Positions 10,474 through 20,077 of a DNA stretch of 64,000 bases are shown here, one piece after another; position 1 is the stretch's first letter, and every line of letters starts with the position of its first letter. The notes under the pieces are model-generated. The model had not been told where the DNA came from and searched no databases. It saw nothing but the letters and a program-made list of their open reading frames with translations. The position numbers and the translations under genes were made by a program. The stretch comes from an uncultured Eubacteriales bacterium (GTDB lineage: Bacteria > Bacillota > Clostridia > Oscillospirales > Oscillospiraceae): assembly GCA_900555735.1 (NCBI GenBank), contig USMI01000001.1:6330-70329 (forward strand), in the 5' to 3' direction.

Positions 10474-12231
10474 TTAAAAGGTGTATTTCTTCTTATATTC
10501 GTCGTAGTACCGGGCAAAGGATGCATCCTTCAGGGCCTTGACGCTGTTGAGATATTCGTGGGTATCGAAGCTGTCGCTCTCCACCTCGATGACGGCCACG
10601 GCGATGTTGGAGCAATGGTCTGCCACGCGCTCGTAGTTGGTCAGCAGGTCGTTGAATACGAAGCCCTGATTCAGCGTGCAGACGCCCTGCTGGAGACGAT
10701 CCACATGGTGGGACTTCATCTCATCGCACAGGCCGTCGATGATCTCCTCCAGCGGCTCCACCCGGGCGGCCAGCTGCAGATCGCCGCTGGTAAACGCCTC
10801 GATGGAAATACCGAGGATCTCCGTCACCGCGCCCTCCAGCACCTGAAGCTCATGGAGGGCGCTATCGGAAAACACGATCTTCTTCTCGTCGATCTCCTGA
10901 CAGACATCGGCCACGTTGCAGGCGTGGTCGGAGATACGCTCGAAGTCGGAAATGGTGTGGAGGTATTTGGCCACCTCCTCCGTCTGGGCCGGGGACAGAG
11001 AGCGGGCCGTCAGCTTCATGAGATAGGTGCCCAGCTTGTCCTCGTAGCGGTCGATCAGCTGCTCGGACTCGTCCACCATCTCATAGCCCCGGTTGCTGTA
11101 TTCACCCCGCAGGGCCATGGCACGCAGCAGGTTGTCCTTCGCCTTTTCCGCCATGGAATCGGTCACCAGACGGCTCTGCTCGATGGCCAGCGCCGGGTGC
11201 TGGAGGAAGCGCTCCTCCAGACGGTCCATATCGTGCTGAGACAGCAGCTCGTCTCCCTTGTCGGAGATCAGCCAGACCACCAGTTTTTCCAGCAGCGGAA
11301 TGACGGGGGTCAGCACCACCACGGTGGCCAGACGGAACAGGGTGTTCATCAGCGCCACGGTGACGGTGGTCATGACGACGGACAGGAAGGTAAAATGGAA
11401 GATGGCATTGGTGGCGTAGAACAGTGTGGCCCAGATGACCACGCCCAGCACGTCGATGAGCAGGTACACAAAGGCGGTGCGCTTGCCGCTGATGTTAGCG
11501 CCCAGCGCCGACAGCAGCACGGGGACCGCCGCGCCGATGGCAATGCCCATGGTGATGGGCAGCGCGATCTCGAAGGTGATGGCGCCGGTGCCGGCCAGCA
11601 CCTGCAGGATACCCACGGCGGCGCTGGCGCTTTGCAGGATGCTGGTAAAGGCAAGGCCCACCAGAATACCCAGAATAGGGTTGGAGAACTTGGTGAGGAT
11701 ATCAATGAAGGCTTCGCTCTCCTTCAGGGGAGCCACCGCGCCGGACATGGCGGTCATGCCGTACATCAGCACGGCGAAGCCCAGCAGGATGTTGCCCAGA
11801 TGCTTGCGGTTAGGCTTGCCCTTCACCATCCGCAACAGGATGCCCACGATGGCAAACAGACCCGTCAGCGTGGCGGTGGACAGCAGGTCCACCCAGCCGC
11901 TGCCGCCGGAGAGACTGTTCAGGCACAGGATCCAGCCGGTGACGCTGGTGCCCAAAATCGCGCCCATGATAACGCCGATGGCCTGCCGCACCTTCATCAT
12001 GCCGGAGTTGACGAAGCCCACCACCATCACGGAGGTGGCGGAGGAGGACTGGATCACGGCGGTAACGCCGGTGCCCAGCAGCACGCCCTTCAGCGGCGTG
12101 CCCGACAGCTTATAGAGCACCAGCTCCAGCTTGCTGCCGGCCACCTTCTTCAGATTATCTCCCATAACGGCCATGCCGTACAGGAACAGCGCGATACCGC
12201 CCAGCAGCGATATGACGTCCGCAATGCCCAT
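10474..12231 (-). CDS. Na/Pi cotransporter family protein with PhoU-like C-terminal domains
   Basis: Two QSS/QSA repeats (IQSSSAT, LQSASA); FERISDH and YERVADH PhoU-like motifs; start placed at ATG 12231 after GGGGAG. Confidence 0.9.
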   Translation of the reverse strand: MGIADVISLLGGIALFLYGMAVMGDNLKKVAGSKLELVLYKLSGTPLKGVLLGTGVTAVIQSSSATSVMVVGFVNSGMMKVRQAIGVIMGAILGTSVTGWILCLNSLSGGSGWVDLLSTATLTGLFAIVGILLRMVKGKPNRKHLGNILLGFAVLMYGMTAMSGAVAPLKESEAFIDILTKFSNPILGILVGLAFTSILQSASAAVGILQVLAGTGAITFEIALPITMGIAIGAAVPVLLSALGANISGKRTAFVYLLIDVLGVVIWATLFYATNAIFHFTFLSVVMTTVTVALMNTLFRLATVVVLTPVIPLLEKLVVWLISDKGDELLSQHDMDRLEERFLQHPALAIEQSRLVTDSMAEKAKDNLLRAMALRGEYSNRGYEMVDESEQLIDRYEDKLGTYLMKLTARSLSPAQTEEVAKYLHTISDFERISDHACNVADVCQEIDEKKIVFSDSALHELQVLEGAVTEILGISIEAFTSGDLQLAARVEPLEEIIDGLCDEMKSHHVDRLQQGVCTLNQGFVFNDLLTNYERVADHCSNIAVAVIEVESDSFDTHEYLNSVKALKDASFARYYDEYKKKYTF

Positions 12232-12460
12232 GCCCAAACTCCCCCATGCTAACCATAATGAATTCTCATATACACCGTCAGTATACATGACAGCCGCCTG
12301 TTTGACAAGCTTTGTTATTTTTTCTACATAGATTTCCGTCCGTTTTTAATATTGTATCTCCTTAACAGAAAACGTATTTGACAACGCTTCAAATTTTCGT
12401 TAAAATAGAACAAATACCCCTTTGCAAGCTGAGGGAGGAAAGTGAGGAGTACTATCTAAA

Positions 12461-13774
12461 ATGCTCAATGAGCGCAGTCTTTTATCGCAGTTTTTACATT
12501 TCGTGGCCGCTACGGTGGCGTCACTGATGGTGTTCAGTCTGTATTCCATTGTGGATGGACTGATGGTCGCCAAGGGCGTGGGAGAATACGCCATGGCGGC
12601 GGTGAATCTGGCGGTGCCGTTTACCAACGTGCTGTTTTCCATCGGCATCATCTTCGCCGTGGGCACCAGCACCATCATCGCCATCTATCTGGGCAAGGGC
12701 GAGGGTGAAAAGGCCAACAGTCTGTTCAGCCAGAACACGCTGCTGCTGACATGTATCGGCCTGACCATCACGGTGCTGGTATTCGCCTTTCTGGAGCCGT
12801 TCGCCGTGCTGCTGGGCGCAAAGGGTGTCACCTATCAGTACACCATGGACTATCTGCGGGGCCTTGCGCCCTTTGCGGTGTGCTTCATTGTGTCCTACAC
12901 CATGGAGGTGCTCATCAAGACCGACGGGTATCCCCGCATCGCCATTCTGACGGTCATCACCGGATGCCTGACCAACTGCGTGCTGGACTATGTGGCCATC
13001 TTTATTCTGGACTGGGGCGTTTGGGGCGCGGCCTTTGCCACGGGACTTTCCCAGCTGCTGACCTGCGTCATTTATCTGCGCCACTTCCTGCGGGGACACA
13101 ACACCTTCCATTTTGTGAAGTTCAAAATGGATTGGCATATCTACAAGCGGCTGCTGTCCATCGGCGTGGCCGACGGCGTGACGGAGCTGTGCAACGGCGT
13201 GATGATCTTCCTGTTCAACCGCATCATCCTGCGGTGTCTGGGAGACGACGGACTGGTGTGCTACACCATCATCGCCTATGTGAACACCCTCATCATCAAC
13301 ACCATGCTGGGTATCTCCCAGGGCAGCCAGCCGCTGGTGAGCTATCACTACGGCAAGGAGGACGCGGCGGGCTATCGCAAGCTGCTGCGGTACGGCTTTA
13401 CGGCGGTGGGGATCATGACGGTGGTCATCTGCGCCGTCGTGATGGTGTTCGCGCCGCAGATCGCCGGGATCTTCCTTGGAACCGAAAATCCCGGACTGGC
13501 GGCGGACGCCGCCGGGGCGCTGCGACGGTACGGCCTGTGCTATCTGCTGCTGGGCAGCAATGTCCTGATGGGCGGCTTCCTGACCGCAGTAGAGCGTCCC
13601 ACCGGAGCCATCTGCATCTCCGTAGGCCGAGGACTGGTGTTTCAGGCCGCGGCGCTGGCGGCGCTGGCCTTCACCGTGGGCGGCAGCGCCATCTGGTACG
13701 CGCCGGTGATATCCGAGGCCGTCTGCGCCGTGATGGCGGTGTGGTTTTTGAGAAGGTTTTTGAAAAAAGCATAA
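12461..13774 (+). CDS. MATE family efflux transporter
   Basis: YSIVDGLMV, NCVLDY, QPLVSYHYG motifs; 12-TM pattern. Confidence 0.9.
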   Translation: MLNERSLLSQFLHFVAATVASLMVFSLYSIVDGLMVAKGVGEYAMAAVNLAVPFTNVLFSIGIIFAVGTSTIIAIYLGKGEGEKANSLFSQNTLLLTCIGLTITVLVFAFLEPFAVLLGAKGVTYQYTMDYLRGLAPFAVCFIVSYTMEVLIKTDGYPRIAILTVITGCLTNCVLDYVAIFILDWGVWGAAFATGLSQLLTCVIYLRHFLRGHNTFHFVKFKMDWHIYKRLLSIGVADGVTELCNGVMIFLFNRIILRCLGDDGLVCYTIIAYVNTLIINTMLGISQGSQPLVSYHYGKEDAAGYRKLLRYGFTAVGIMTVVICAVVMVFAPQIAGIFLGTENPGLAADAAGALRRYGLCYLLLGSNVLMGGFLTAVERPTGAICISVGRGLVFQAAALAALAFTVGGSAIWYAPVISEAVCAVMAVWFLRRFLKKA

Positions 13775-13814
13775 AAAGGATGCCGTGCCAGCGGGCACGG
13801 CATCCTTTTTATGC
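13770..13814. terminator. Intrinsic terminator after MATE
   Basis: GCATAAAAAGGATGCCGTGCC...GGCACGGCATCCTTTTTATGC inverted repeat. Confidence 0.8.
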
Positions 13815-13942
13815 TACTACCAACAAATGGCAGCCAAAAGCCGTCATTATTCCAAGCACGCCTCTTGTGTCGAAACCATACAAAAACAGTAGGTGAAGTC
13901 TGTCGAATTTTCTTGCAAATGGCCGGAATGTAAAAAAGGGGG

Positions 13943-13971
13943 TTGACAAACGGCACCGAAAGCGTTAACAT
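13943..13971 (+). promoter_or_regulatory. Sigma-A promoter of the met transporter leader
   Basis: TTGACA (13943-13948), 17-nt spacer, TAACAT (13966-13971). Confidence 0.75.
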
Positions 13972-14026
13972 GCCACCATCCAAGGCGGACACGCCATTGA
14001 GAACCGAGGAAAGGAGAAAATCAGTG

Positions 14027-14146
14027 ATGAAGAAGCTGAGCGCCGTGATGATGATGTCTATGGAGATGTGCATGTGCCGCATGTGCATGTTTCGTCGCGC
14101 TCAATTCGGTCAACTGATTTTCCCTGACGGTATGGCGTCCTGCTGA
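14027..14146 (+). CDS. Met/Cys-rich leader peptide (39 aa), putative attenuator peptide
   Basis: AAGGAG RBS at 14011-14016; MKKLSAVMMMSMEMCMCRMCMFRRAQFGQLIFPDGMASC*; 8 Met and 3 Cys in residues 8-21; alternative GTG start at 14024. Confidence 0.8.
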   Translation: MKKLSAVMMMSMEMCMCRMCMFRRAQFGQLIFPDGMASC

Positions 14147-14169
14147 ACACAGGACGAACAACAGTCATG

Positions 14170-14209
14170 AACGGTGGAAGGTCGATTGACCTGCCACCGT
14201 TTTATTTTT
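14170..14209 (+). terminator. Attenuator terminator upstream of metQ
   Basis: AACGGTGGAAGGTC-GATT-GACCTGCCACCGTT stem (one mismatch) followed by TTATTTTT, about 50 nt before metQ. Confidence 0.8.
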
Positions 14210-14256
14210 GTTCTTCACCCGCAAACCTACATTGATGAAAAAAGGAGACAAACATC

Positions 14257-15153
14257 ATGAAAAAGCACAACTACTTCGTGAAGCTGGCCACGCTGGCACT
14301 GGCGCTGGTCCTGACCCTGAGCCTGACCGCCTGCGGCGGCAACAGCAACACCACTGACGGCGACGACACCCAGCCCGTCATCCAGATCGCTGTTCCCAAC
14401 GACACCACCAACGAGGCCCGCGCCCTGCTGCTGCTGCAGGAGAACGGCATCATCAAGCTGGCTGACGGCGCAGGCATCACCGCCACCAAGAACGACATCG
14501 TGGAGAATCCCTACAACGTTGAGATCGTCGAGGCCGAGGCCGCTCAACTGCCCAACCAGCTGCAGGATGTGGACTACGCCGTCATCAACAGCAACTACGC
14601 CATCAGCGCCGGTCTGAATCCCGTCAGCGATTCCCTGCTGATCGAGGGCAGCGCCTCCGCTTACGCCAATATCCTGACCGTGAAGGAAGGCAACGAGACC
14701 TCCCCCAAGACGCTGGCCCTGAAGGCCGCTCTGGAGAGCCAGCAGGTGGTTGACTACATCAACGAGAAGTACAACGGCTCCGTGGTCTCCGTGGTGGAGA
14801 ACCCCACCGACGGCTATGACGCCACTGTGGATTACGACGCCCTGAACGGCGAGACCATCACCATCGCCGCCTCCCCCGCTCCCCATGCCGAGATCCTCGA
14901 GGTCGTCAAGACCATTCTGGCCGACAAGGGCATCACGCTGGACATTCAGGTCTACAATGACTATGTTGTGCCCAACACCGTGGTGGACGACGGCACTGTG
15001 GACGCCAACTACTTCCAGCACCTGCCCTATCTGGAGGACTTCAATGCCCAGAACGGCACTCACATCGTCTCTGTTTCCGCCATCCACGTGGAGCCCATGG
15101 GCCTGTACGGCGGCAAGCAGACCACGCTGGACGCTGTGACCGCCAGCAAGTAA
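14257..15153 (+). CDS. metQ: Methionine ABC transporter substrate-binding lipoprotein (MetQ/NlpA), circularly permuted
   Basis: Lipobox LTAC (Cys26); IAVPNDTTNEARAL, AVINSNYA, SPAPHAEIL, DANYFQHLPYL motifs, with the two halves in swapped order. Confidence 0.9.
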   Translation: MKKHNYFVKLATLALALVLTLSLTACGGNSNTTDGDDTQPVIQIAVPNDTTNEARALLLLQENGIIKLADGAGITATKNDIVENPYNVEIVEAEAAQLPNQLQDVDYAVINSNYAISAGLNPVSDSLLIEGSASAYANILTVKEGNETSPKTLALKAALESQQVVDYINEKYNGSVVSVVENPTDGYDATVDYDALNGETITIAASPAPHAEILEVVKTILADKGITLDIQVYNDYVVPNTVVDDGTVDANYFQHLPYLEDFNAQNGTHIVSVSAIHVEPMGLYGGKQTTLDAVTASK

Positions 15154-15174
15154 GGAAGAAGGAGGGAGACGTCC

Positions 15175-16185
15175 ATGATCGAACTGAAACACGTCAGCAA
15201 GACGTTTGATTCCGGCACTGCCGGAGGGGTAGACGCGCTCAAGGACGTCTCCCTTACCATTGAGGACGGGGACATCTACGGTATCATCGGCATGTCCGGC
15301 GCCGGCAAGAGCACGCTGGTGCGGTGCATCAACCTGCTGGAGCGTCCCACCAGCGGCGAGATCGTGGTGAACGGCCAGCGGCTGGACACCATGACCCCCG
15401 CCCAGCTCCGCGAGGCACGCCGGGGCATCACCATGATCTTCCAGCATTTCAACCTGCTGATGCAGCGGACCTGCCTGAAGAACGTATGCTTCCCCATGGA
15501 GCTGGTGGGCGTAAAGAAGGCCGACGCCGAGAAGCGCGCCCGCGAGCTGCTGGAGCTGGTGGGCCTGCCCGACAAGGCCAACGCCTACCCCGCCCAGCTC
15601 TCCGGCGGCCAGCAGCAGCGCATCGCCATTGCCCGCGCGCTGGCCACCGATCCCAAGGTGCTGCTGTGCGACGAGGCCACCAGCGCCCTTGACCCCAACA
15701 CCACCCGTCAGATCCTGGAGCTGATCCGGGACATCAACAAAAAGCTGGGCATCACCGTGGTGGTCATCACCCACCAGATGAGCGTGGTGAAGGAAATTTG
15801 CAGCCATGTGGCTATTCTGGACGGCGGCGTGGTAGCGGAATCCGGCATGGTGGGCACGGTGTTTGCCGCACCCAAGTCCGCCGCGGGCCGCCGCCTGGTG
15901 TTCCCCGGCGGCGCCGACGCGCAGGTATACGATCCCTCCGGCGAGCGTCTGGTGCGTCTGGTGTTCAAGGACAGCAAGACCACCAGCATCCCCATGGTGG
16001 CGCGACTGGCGGCGGAGGAGAACATCTTCTGCAACGTCATCTCCGCCAGCACCCAGAGCCTATCCGAGGAGGTCTACGGCAGTATGATGCTGGGCATCCC
16101 CAGCGCCCACTTTGACCGGGCAGTCGCTTTCATTCAGAACATCGCCAATGTGCAGGTAGAGGAGGTCGACCACGATGTACAGTAA
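15175..16185 (+). CDS. metN: Methionine ABC transporter ATPase
   Basis: [31 protein letters not shown]-terminal NIL-like domain. Confidence 0.93.
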   Translation: MIELKHVSKTFDSGTAGGVDALKDVSLTIEDGDIYGIIGMSGAGKSTLVRCINLLERPTSGEIVVNGQRLDTMTPAQLREARRGITMIFQHFNLLMQRTCLKNVCFPMELVGVKKADAEKRARELLELVGLPDKANAYPAQLSGGQQQRIAIARALATDPKVLLCDEATSALDPNTTRQILELIRDINKKLGITVVVITHQMSVVKEICSHVAILDGGVVAESGMVGTVFAAPKSAAGRRLVFPGGADAQVYDPSGERLVRLVFKDSKTTSIPMVARLAAEENIFCNVISASTQSLSEEVYGSMMLGIPSAHFDRAVAFIQNIANVQVEEVDHDVQ

Positions 16186-16873
16186 TCTGTTCAGCGCCCA
16201 GTCCGTACAGGATCTGATGACGGTGCTGCCCTCCCTGCCCTTCGCCATCTGGGAGACCTTTTACATGACGGTGCTCAGTACGGCGCTGTCGCTGGTCATC
16301 GGCCTGCCCTTGGGCGTGCTGCTGGTGGTGGGCGAAAAGGGCGGCGTGCTGCCCTTGCCCCGCTGGCTGATGCAGGTGCTGAATGTCATCATCAATCTGC
16401 TGCGCTCCGTGCCGTTCCTGATTTTGATGATTATGGTGTTCCCCCTGTCCCGCCTGCTGATCGGCACCTCTATCGGCACCACGGCCACCATCGTGCCGCT
16501 GGTGGCGGCGGCCTTCCCCTTCGTGGCCCGTCTGGTGGAGACCAGCCTCCGCGAGGTGGACGGCAACATCATTGAGGCCGCCCAAAGCATGGGTGCCACG
16601 CCCATGCAGATCATCTGCAAGGTGATGATCCCGGAGAGCGTTCCCTCTCTCATCCAGAACGTGACCATCGCACTGACCACCATTCTGGGCTACTCCGCCA
16701 TGAGCGGTATCATCGGCGGCGGCGGTCTGGGCAAGATCGCCATTGACTACGGCTACTATCGTTATAAGTATCTGGTGATGCTGGTGGCGGTGGTGCTGCT
16801 GATCCTGCTGGTGCAGCTGTTCCAGAGTCTGGGAACGTGGCTCAGCAAGAAGTGCGATAAGAGATTGAAATAA
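16175..16873 (+). CDS. metI: Methionine ABC transporter permease
   Basis: RSVPFLIL, EAAQSMGA loop, SAMSGIIGGGGLG. Confidence 0.93.
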   Translation: MYSNLFSAQSVQDLMTVLPSLPFAIWETFYMTVLSTALSLVIGLPLGVLLVVGEKGGVLPLPRWLMQVLNVIINLLRSVPFLILMIMVFPLSRLLIGTSIGTTATIVPLVAAAFPFVARLVETSLREVDGNIIEAAQSMGATPMQIICKVMIPESVPSLIQNVTIALTTILGYSAMSGIIGGGGLGKIAIDYGYYRYKYLVMLVAVVLLILLVQLFQSLGTWLSKKCDKRLK

Positions 16874-17117
16874 ACACTATTTATTAAAATGAACCGGGCG
16901 GGGTTACCCCGTCCGGTTTTTTGCATACAGTTCGCACAATGCAAGTTCAATTTGTGCAACATGCATTTTTTTGCGTTTGACGAAATTTTCACATTGTATA
17001 GTGTGCAAAAATGAATCTTATAAAATTTCTACTTGCAAAACCGAAACAACAGGTTTATAATGAACTCGTATTTGAGGAACGCCCACGGGGCGCGGCTATG
17101 GAAAGGAGCACACCATC

Positions 17118-18500
17118 ATGAGCAACAACGGCGGAACACTTGAAAAATTCGCAGGCTCCCTGAGCCAGCTGATCCAGCAGGAATACCACATCGGTGAGGA
17201 GTACTACCGGGGCGACGTGAAGCGCGGCCTGCGCAACAGCGACGGCACCGGCGTTCTGGCCGGTGTGTCCAAGGTGGGCAGCGTGCAGGGCTACTTCATT
17301 CAGGACGGCCAGCGTATCCCCAAGCCCGGCCAGCTGTACTACCGCGGCATCGAGCTGAACGAGATTGTGGAGGCCCACCGCAAGGCGGGCACCTTCGGCT
17401 ATGAGGAGGTGGCCTATCTGCTGCTGCTGGGCTATCTGCCCTCCAAGACGGAGCTGCAATACTTCAACGAGATCATGAAACGGGCCAGAAAGCTGCCTGA
17501 CGGCTTTACCGAGGACATGATCATGCGCCACCCCAGCCGGAACATCATGAACAAGCTGGCCCGCAGCGTGCTGGCGCTGTATTCCTATGACGACAATCCC
17601 GACGACACGTCGGTGGAAAATATGCTGCTGCAATCCATCAAGCTGGTGGGCTGCTTCCCCTCTATCGTGGCCAACGCCTATGCGGTGAAGCGCCATTACT
17701 TTCAGGGGGATTCCCTGCACATCCATTTCCCGGAGGATGACCTGTCCACGGCGGAGAACTTCCTGCGGATGATCCGGCCCGACAAGCAGTACACGGAGGA
17801 GGAGGCCCATCTGCTGGACATGATGCTGATGGTGCATGCCGAGCACGGCGGCGGCAACAACTCCACCTTCGTCTGCCGCGCCATGTCCTCCAGCGGCACG
17901 GATACTTACAGCGCCATCGCCGGCGCGGTAGGCTCCCTGAAAGGCCCGCTGCACGGCGGCGCCAACGCCAAGGTCATGGAGATGTTCCAGTACATCAAGG
18001 AAAACGTAGACCCCCACGACGACGGCTCTATCCGGGATTACCTGAACAAGCTGCTGGACGGCGAGGCCGGTGATAAATCCGGCAAGATCTACGGTCTGGG
18101 CCACGCGGTGTATACCATCTCCGATCCCCGTGCGGTGCTGCTGAAAAAGTACGCCCAGCACATGGCGGAGATCAAGGGCTACGCCGAGGACTTCGCCCTG
18201 CTGCAAAAGGTGGAGGAGTTGGGCATTCCGCTGGTGCAGGAGCGCCGCCACAACGACACGCCCATGTGCGCCAACGTGGACATGTATTCCGGTCTTGTCT
18301 ACACCATGCTGGGCATCCCTGAGGATGTGTTCACGCCCCTGTTCGCCTCCGCCCGTATCGCGGGCTGGTGCGCCAACCGCATCGAGGAAGTGGTGACCTG
18401 CCACCGGATCATGCGTCCCGCCTACCGCGCCGTCACCATCAAGGATCACTATGTTCCCATGGAGCAGCGCACGGCGAAGCTGGTCACCCTCGCGGAATAA
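17118..18500 (+). CDS. gltA: Citrate synthase family protein
   Basis: HAEHGGGNNST, GPLHGGAN, GLGHAVY, ANVDMYSG; promoter TTGCAA-N17-TATAAT at 17033-17061. Confidence 0.9.
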   Translation: MSNNGGTLEKFAGSLSQLIQQEYHIGEEYYRGDVKRGLRNSDGTGVLAGVSKVGSVQGYFIQDGQRIPKPGQLYYRGIELNEIVEAHRKAGTFGYEEVAYLLLLGYLPSKTELQYFNEIMKRARKLPDGFTEDMIMRHPSRNIMNKLARSVLALYSYDDNPDDTSVENMLLQSIKLVGCFPSIVANAYAVKRHYFQGDSLHIHFPEDDLSTAENFLRMIRPDKQYTEEEAHLLDMMLMVHAEHGGGNNSTFVCRAMSSSGTDTYSAIAGAVGSLKGPLHGGANAKVMEMFQYIKENVDPHDDGSIRDYLNKLLDGEAGDKSGKIYGLGHAVYTISDPRAVLLKKYAQHMAEIKGYAEDFALLQKVEELGIPLVQERRHNDTPMCANVDMYSGLVYTMLGIPEDVFTPLFASARIAGWCANRIEEVVTCHRIMRPAYRAVTIKDHYVPMEQRTAKLVTLAE

Positions 18501-18588
18501 AACGATATCTCCGGTTTTCCACATAGAGAAGGAAGCGGCACGAATGTGCCGCTTCCTTCTCTATGTAGGGATGTTGATCGCTGCCTGT

Positions 18589-18885
18589 TCAACAGGCTTC
18601 CTTCTCGTCAAAGGACATTCGCTCCAACACATAATCCTTCATCTCGTCCACCAGCGCCTGCCGCTTGGGATGGCGCAGATAGTCGTTCAGATATTCCGGC
18701 CCGTCCAGATGCATGACCACCATGATATCCGCGTTGGAGCCCCTTGCGGTTTCGCAGCGGTACACATCCGTATCATGTACAAAGGGCAGCTCCACTTCCA
18801 ATTCTGCGCATGCCTTGCGGCAGCGGAAATAGATGCTGGTCACATCCGCGTCTTTCGTCAGCTTCAAGAGAATATAGTGTACCAT
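18589..18885 (-). CDS. Dabb (stress-responsive A/B barrel) family protein
   Basis: MVHYILLK N-terminus and YLRHP motif, 98 aa; AAGGAGG RBS. Confidence 0.7.
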   Translation of the reverse strand: MVHYILLKLTKDADVTSIYFRCRKACAELEVELPFVHDTDVYRCETARGSNADIMVVMHLDGPEYLNDYLRHPKRQALVDEMKDYVLERMSFDEKEAC

Positions 18886-19218
18886 TCTTAGGACCTCCTT
18901 CAATTATTATTGCCATACGTTAGCGCATTTTTTAACAATTGTCAAGTCCTTTTTTCGTCGTTTCCACCACATGTGTTTATCTAAAATTGTGCAAATGTTT
19001 CAAAAAATCCACATTTTTCACTTTATCCACAAAAAGCGTTAAAGAAATATGCGAATTTTTTAACAAAAAATTTTTTATTTTTGTTTGCCGCACAGCGTCA
19101 ATCATTCACGCAGCACAAACAAATTAGCAGCATTATTTCCCAGAAAATGGAAGCCCCGCACAAAAAAAGAGACGGCGCTCGCGCACCGTCTCTTTTCCAT
19201 TTTCTTCTCTTTCAAGTA

Positions 19219-19809
19219 CTACCGCTGGAAGCGTACCACATATGTTCCCAGCACCTGCTGACAAGGGATCTTCGCCGCGTTTTCAACGGTGAACGCCTCC
19301 TTGGGATAGACCGTCTTTACCTCGGTAGGATAGGCAGGCAGCGTCTTTCCGATGCTGACGCCATAGGCGTCCTCCGCCGTGAAGCTCCAGCGGAACGCAC
19401 AGTCGCAGAACTCCTTCCCGCTGGCGATCAGCTCCGGCGCTCTCAGCCCCTCACCAAGGAAAAAGCACCCCGCGTTATCCTTTTCCGCCGGACAGGAGCC
19501 CTCGATCCCCACGCCGGTAAAGCGTATTTCAAGGAAGTCAGTCTTGAAGGTCTCCGTTTTCCCGTCCCGCTCATAGGGTACATCGTTCCAGAAGCCGATG
19601 TTGAGCCAGCCACGGACGCCGTCCTTTTCCACGGCGGTATTGAACTCCACATAGCCGCTGCAGCCCTCCCTGACCTCCGCGTTGATGCGCAGCACCGGCC
19701 GCAGCGACACAAAGCCCTCCGGTAGGATGGCCCGCAGCCTGTCCTGCTCTACGCCATATGCCATGACGAACTGTTCCACTTTCGTCTTCAAACCCTCCGC
19801 AAGCCTCAT
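19219..19809 (-). CDS. Hypothetical protein (start uncertain; TTG at 19791 possible)
   Basis: Open frame with host-like codon usage, followed by a terminator hairpin at about 19163-19197. Confidence 0.65.
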   Translation of the reverse strand: MRLAEGLKTKVEQFVMAYGVEQDRLRAILPEGFVSLRPVLRINAEVREGCSGYVEFNTAVEKDGVRGWLNIGFWNDVPYERDGKTETFKTDFLEIRFTGVGIEGSCPAEKDNAGCFFLGEGLRAPELIASGKEFCDCAFRWSFTAEDAYGVSIGKTLPAYPTEVKTVYPKEAFTVENAAKIPCQQVLGTYVVRFQR

Positions 19810-19909
19810 TTTTATCCAGTATAACAGAACCATTCTCCAGATACAAGCCATAGGAGGCAGCGAAAAAGCGGGCGCTGGCCCGCTTTTTCGTATTTGCGTG
19901 TGGTTCCGG

Positions 19910-20077
19910 TCAAAGCACCAGCAGCAGAGCCGCCGCCACGGCAACCACGCCGCCTACGGCACTGACAATACCGTAGATCTTGCGGGACTCCGGATCGTGC
20001 TTCTCTTTGGAGAGATAGTACAGTCCGGTGCCAAGGATCAGGACGCCGATAATCAGTGCAATGATTTTAATGACCAT
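19910..20077 (-). CDS. Small two-TM membrane protein
   Basis: GGAGG RBS; MVIKIIALIIGVLILG...VAAALLLVL. Confidence 0.7.
   Translation of the reverse strand: MVIKIIALIIGVLILGTGLYYLSKEKHDPESRKIYGIVSAVGGVVAVAAALLLVL

Noticed and set aside
13980..14210. T-box or SAM riboswitch as the regulator of the met operon
   Set aside because: GGTGGAAGG at 14173 resembles a T-box but lacks the required UGGNACC bulge, and I see no SAM-I core. The Met-rich ORF and its pairings explain the region better. An Rfam scan is still needed.
18900..19200. Replication origin or sRNA in the AT-rich intergenic region
   Set aside because: Only one perfect DnaA box (TTATCCACA, 19023-19031), no dnaA/dnaN context, and no convincing promoter-terminator unit.
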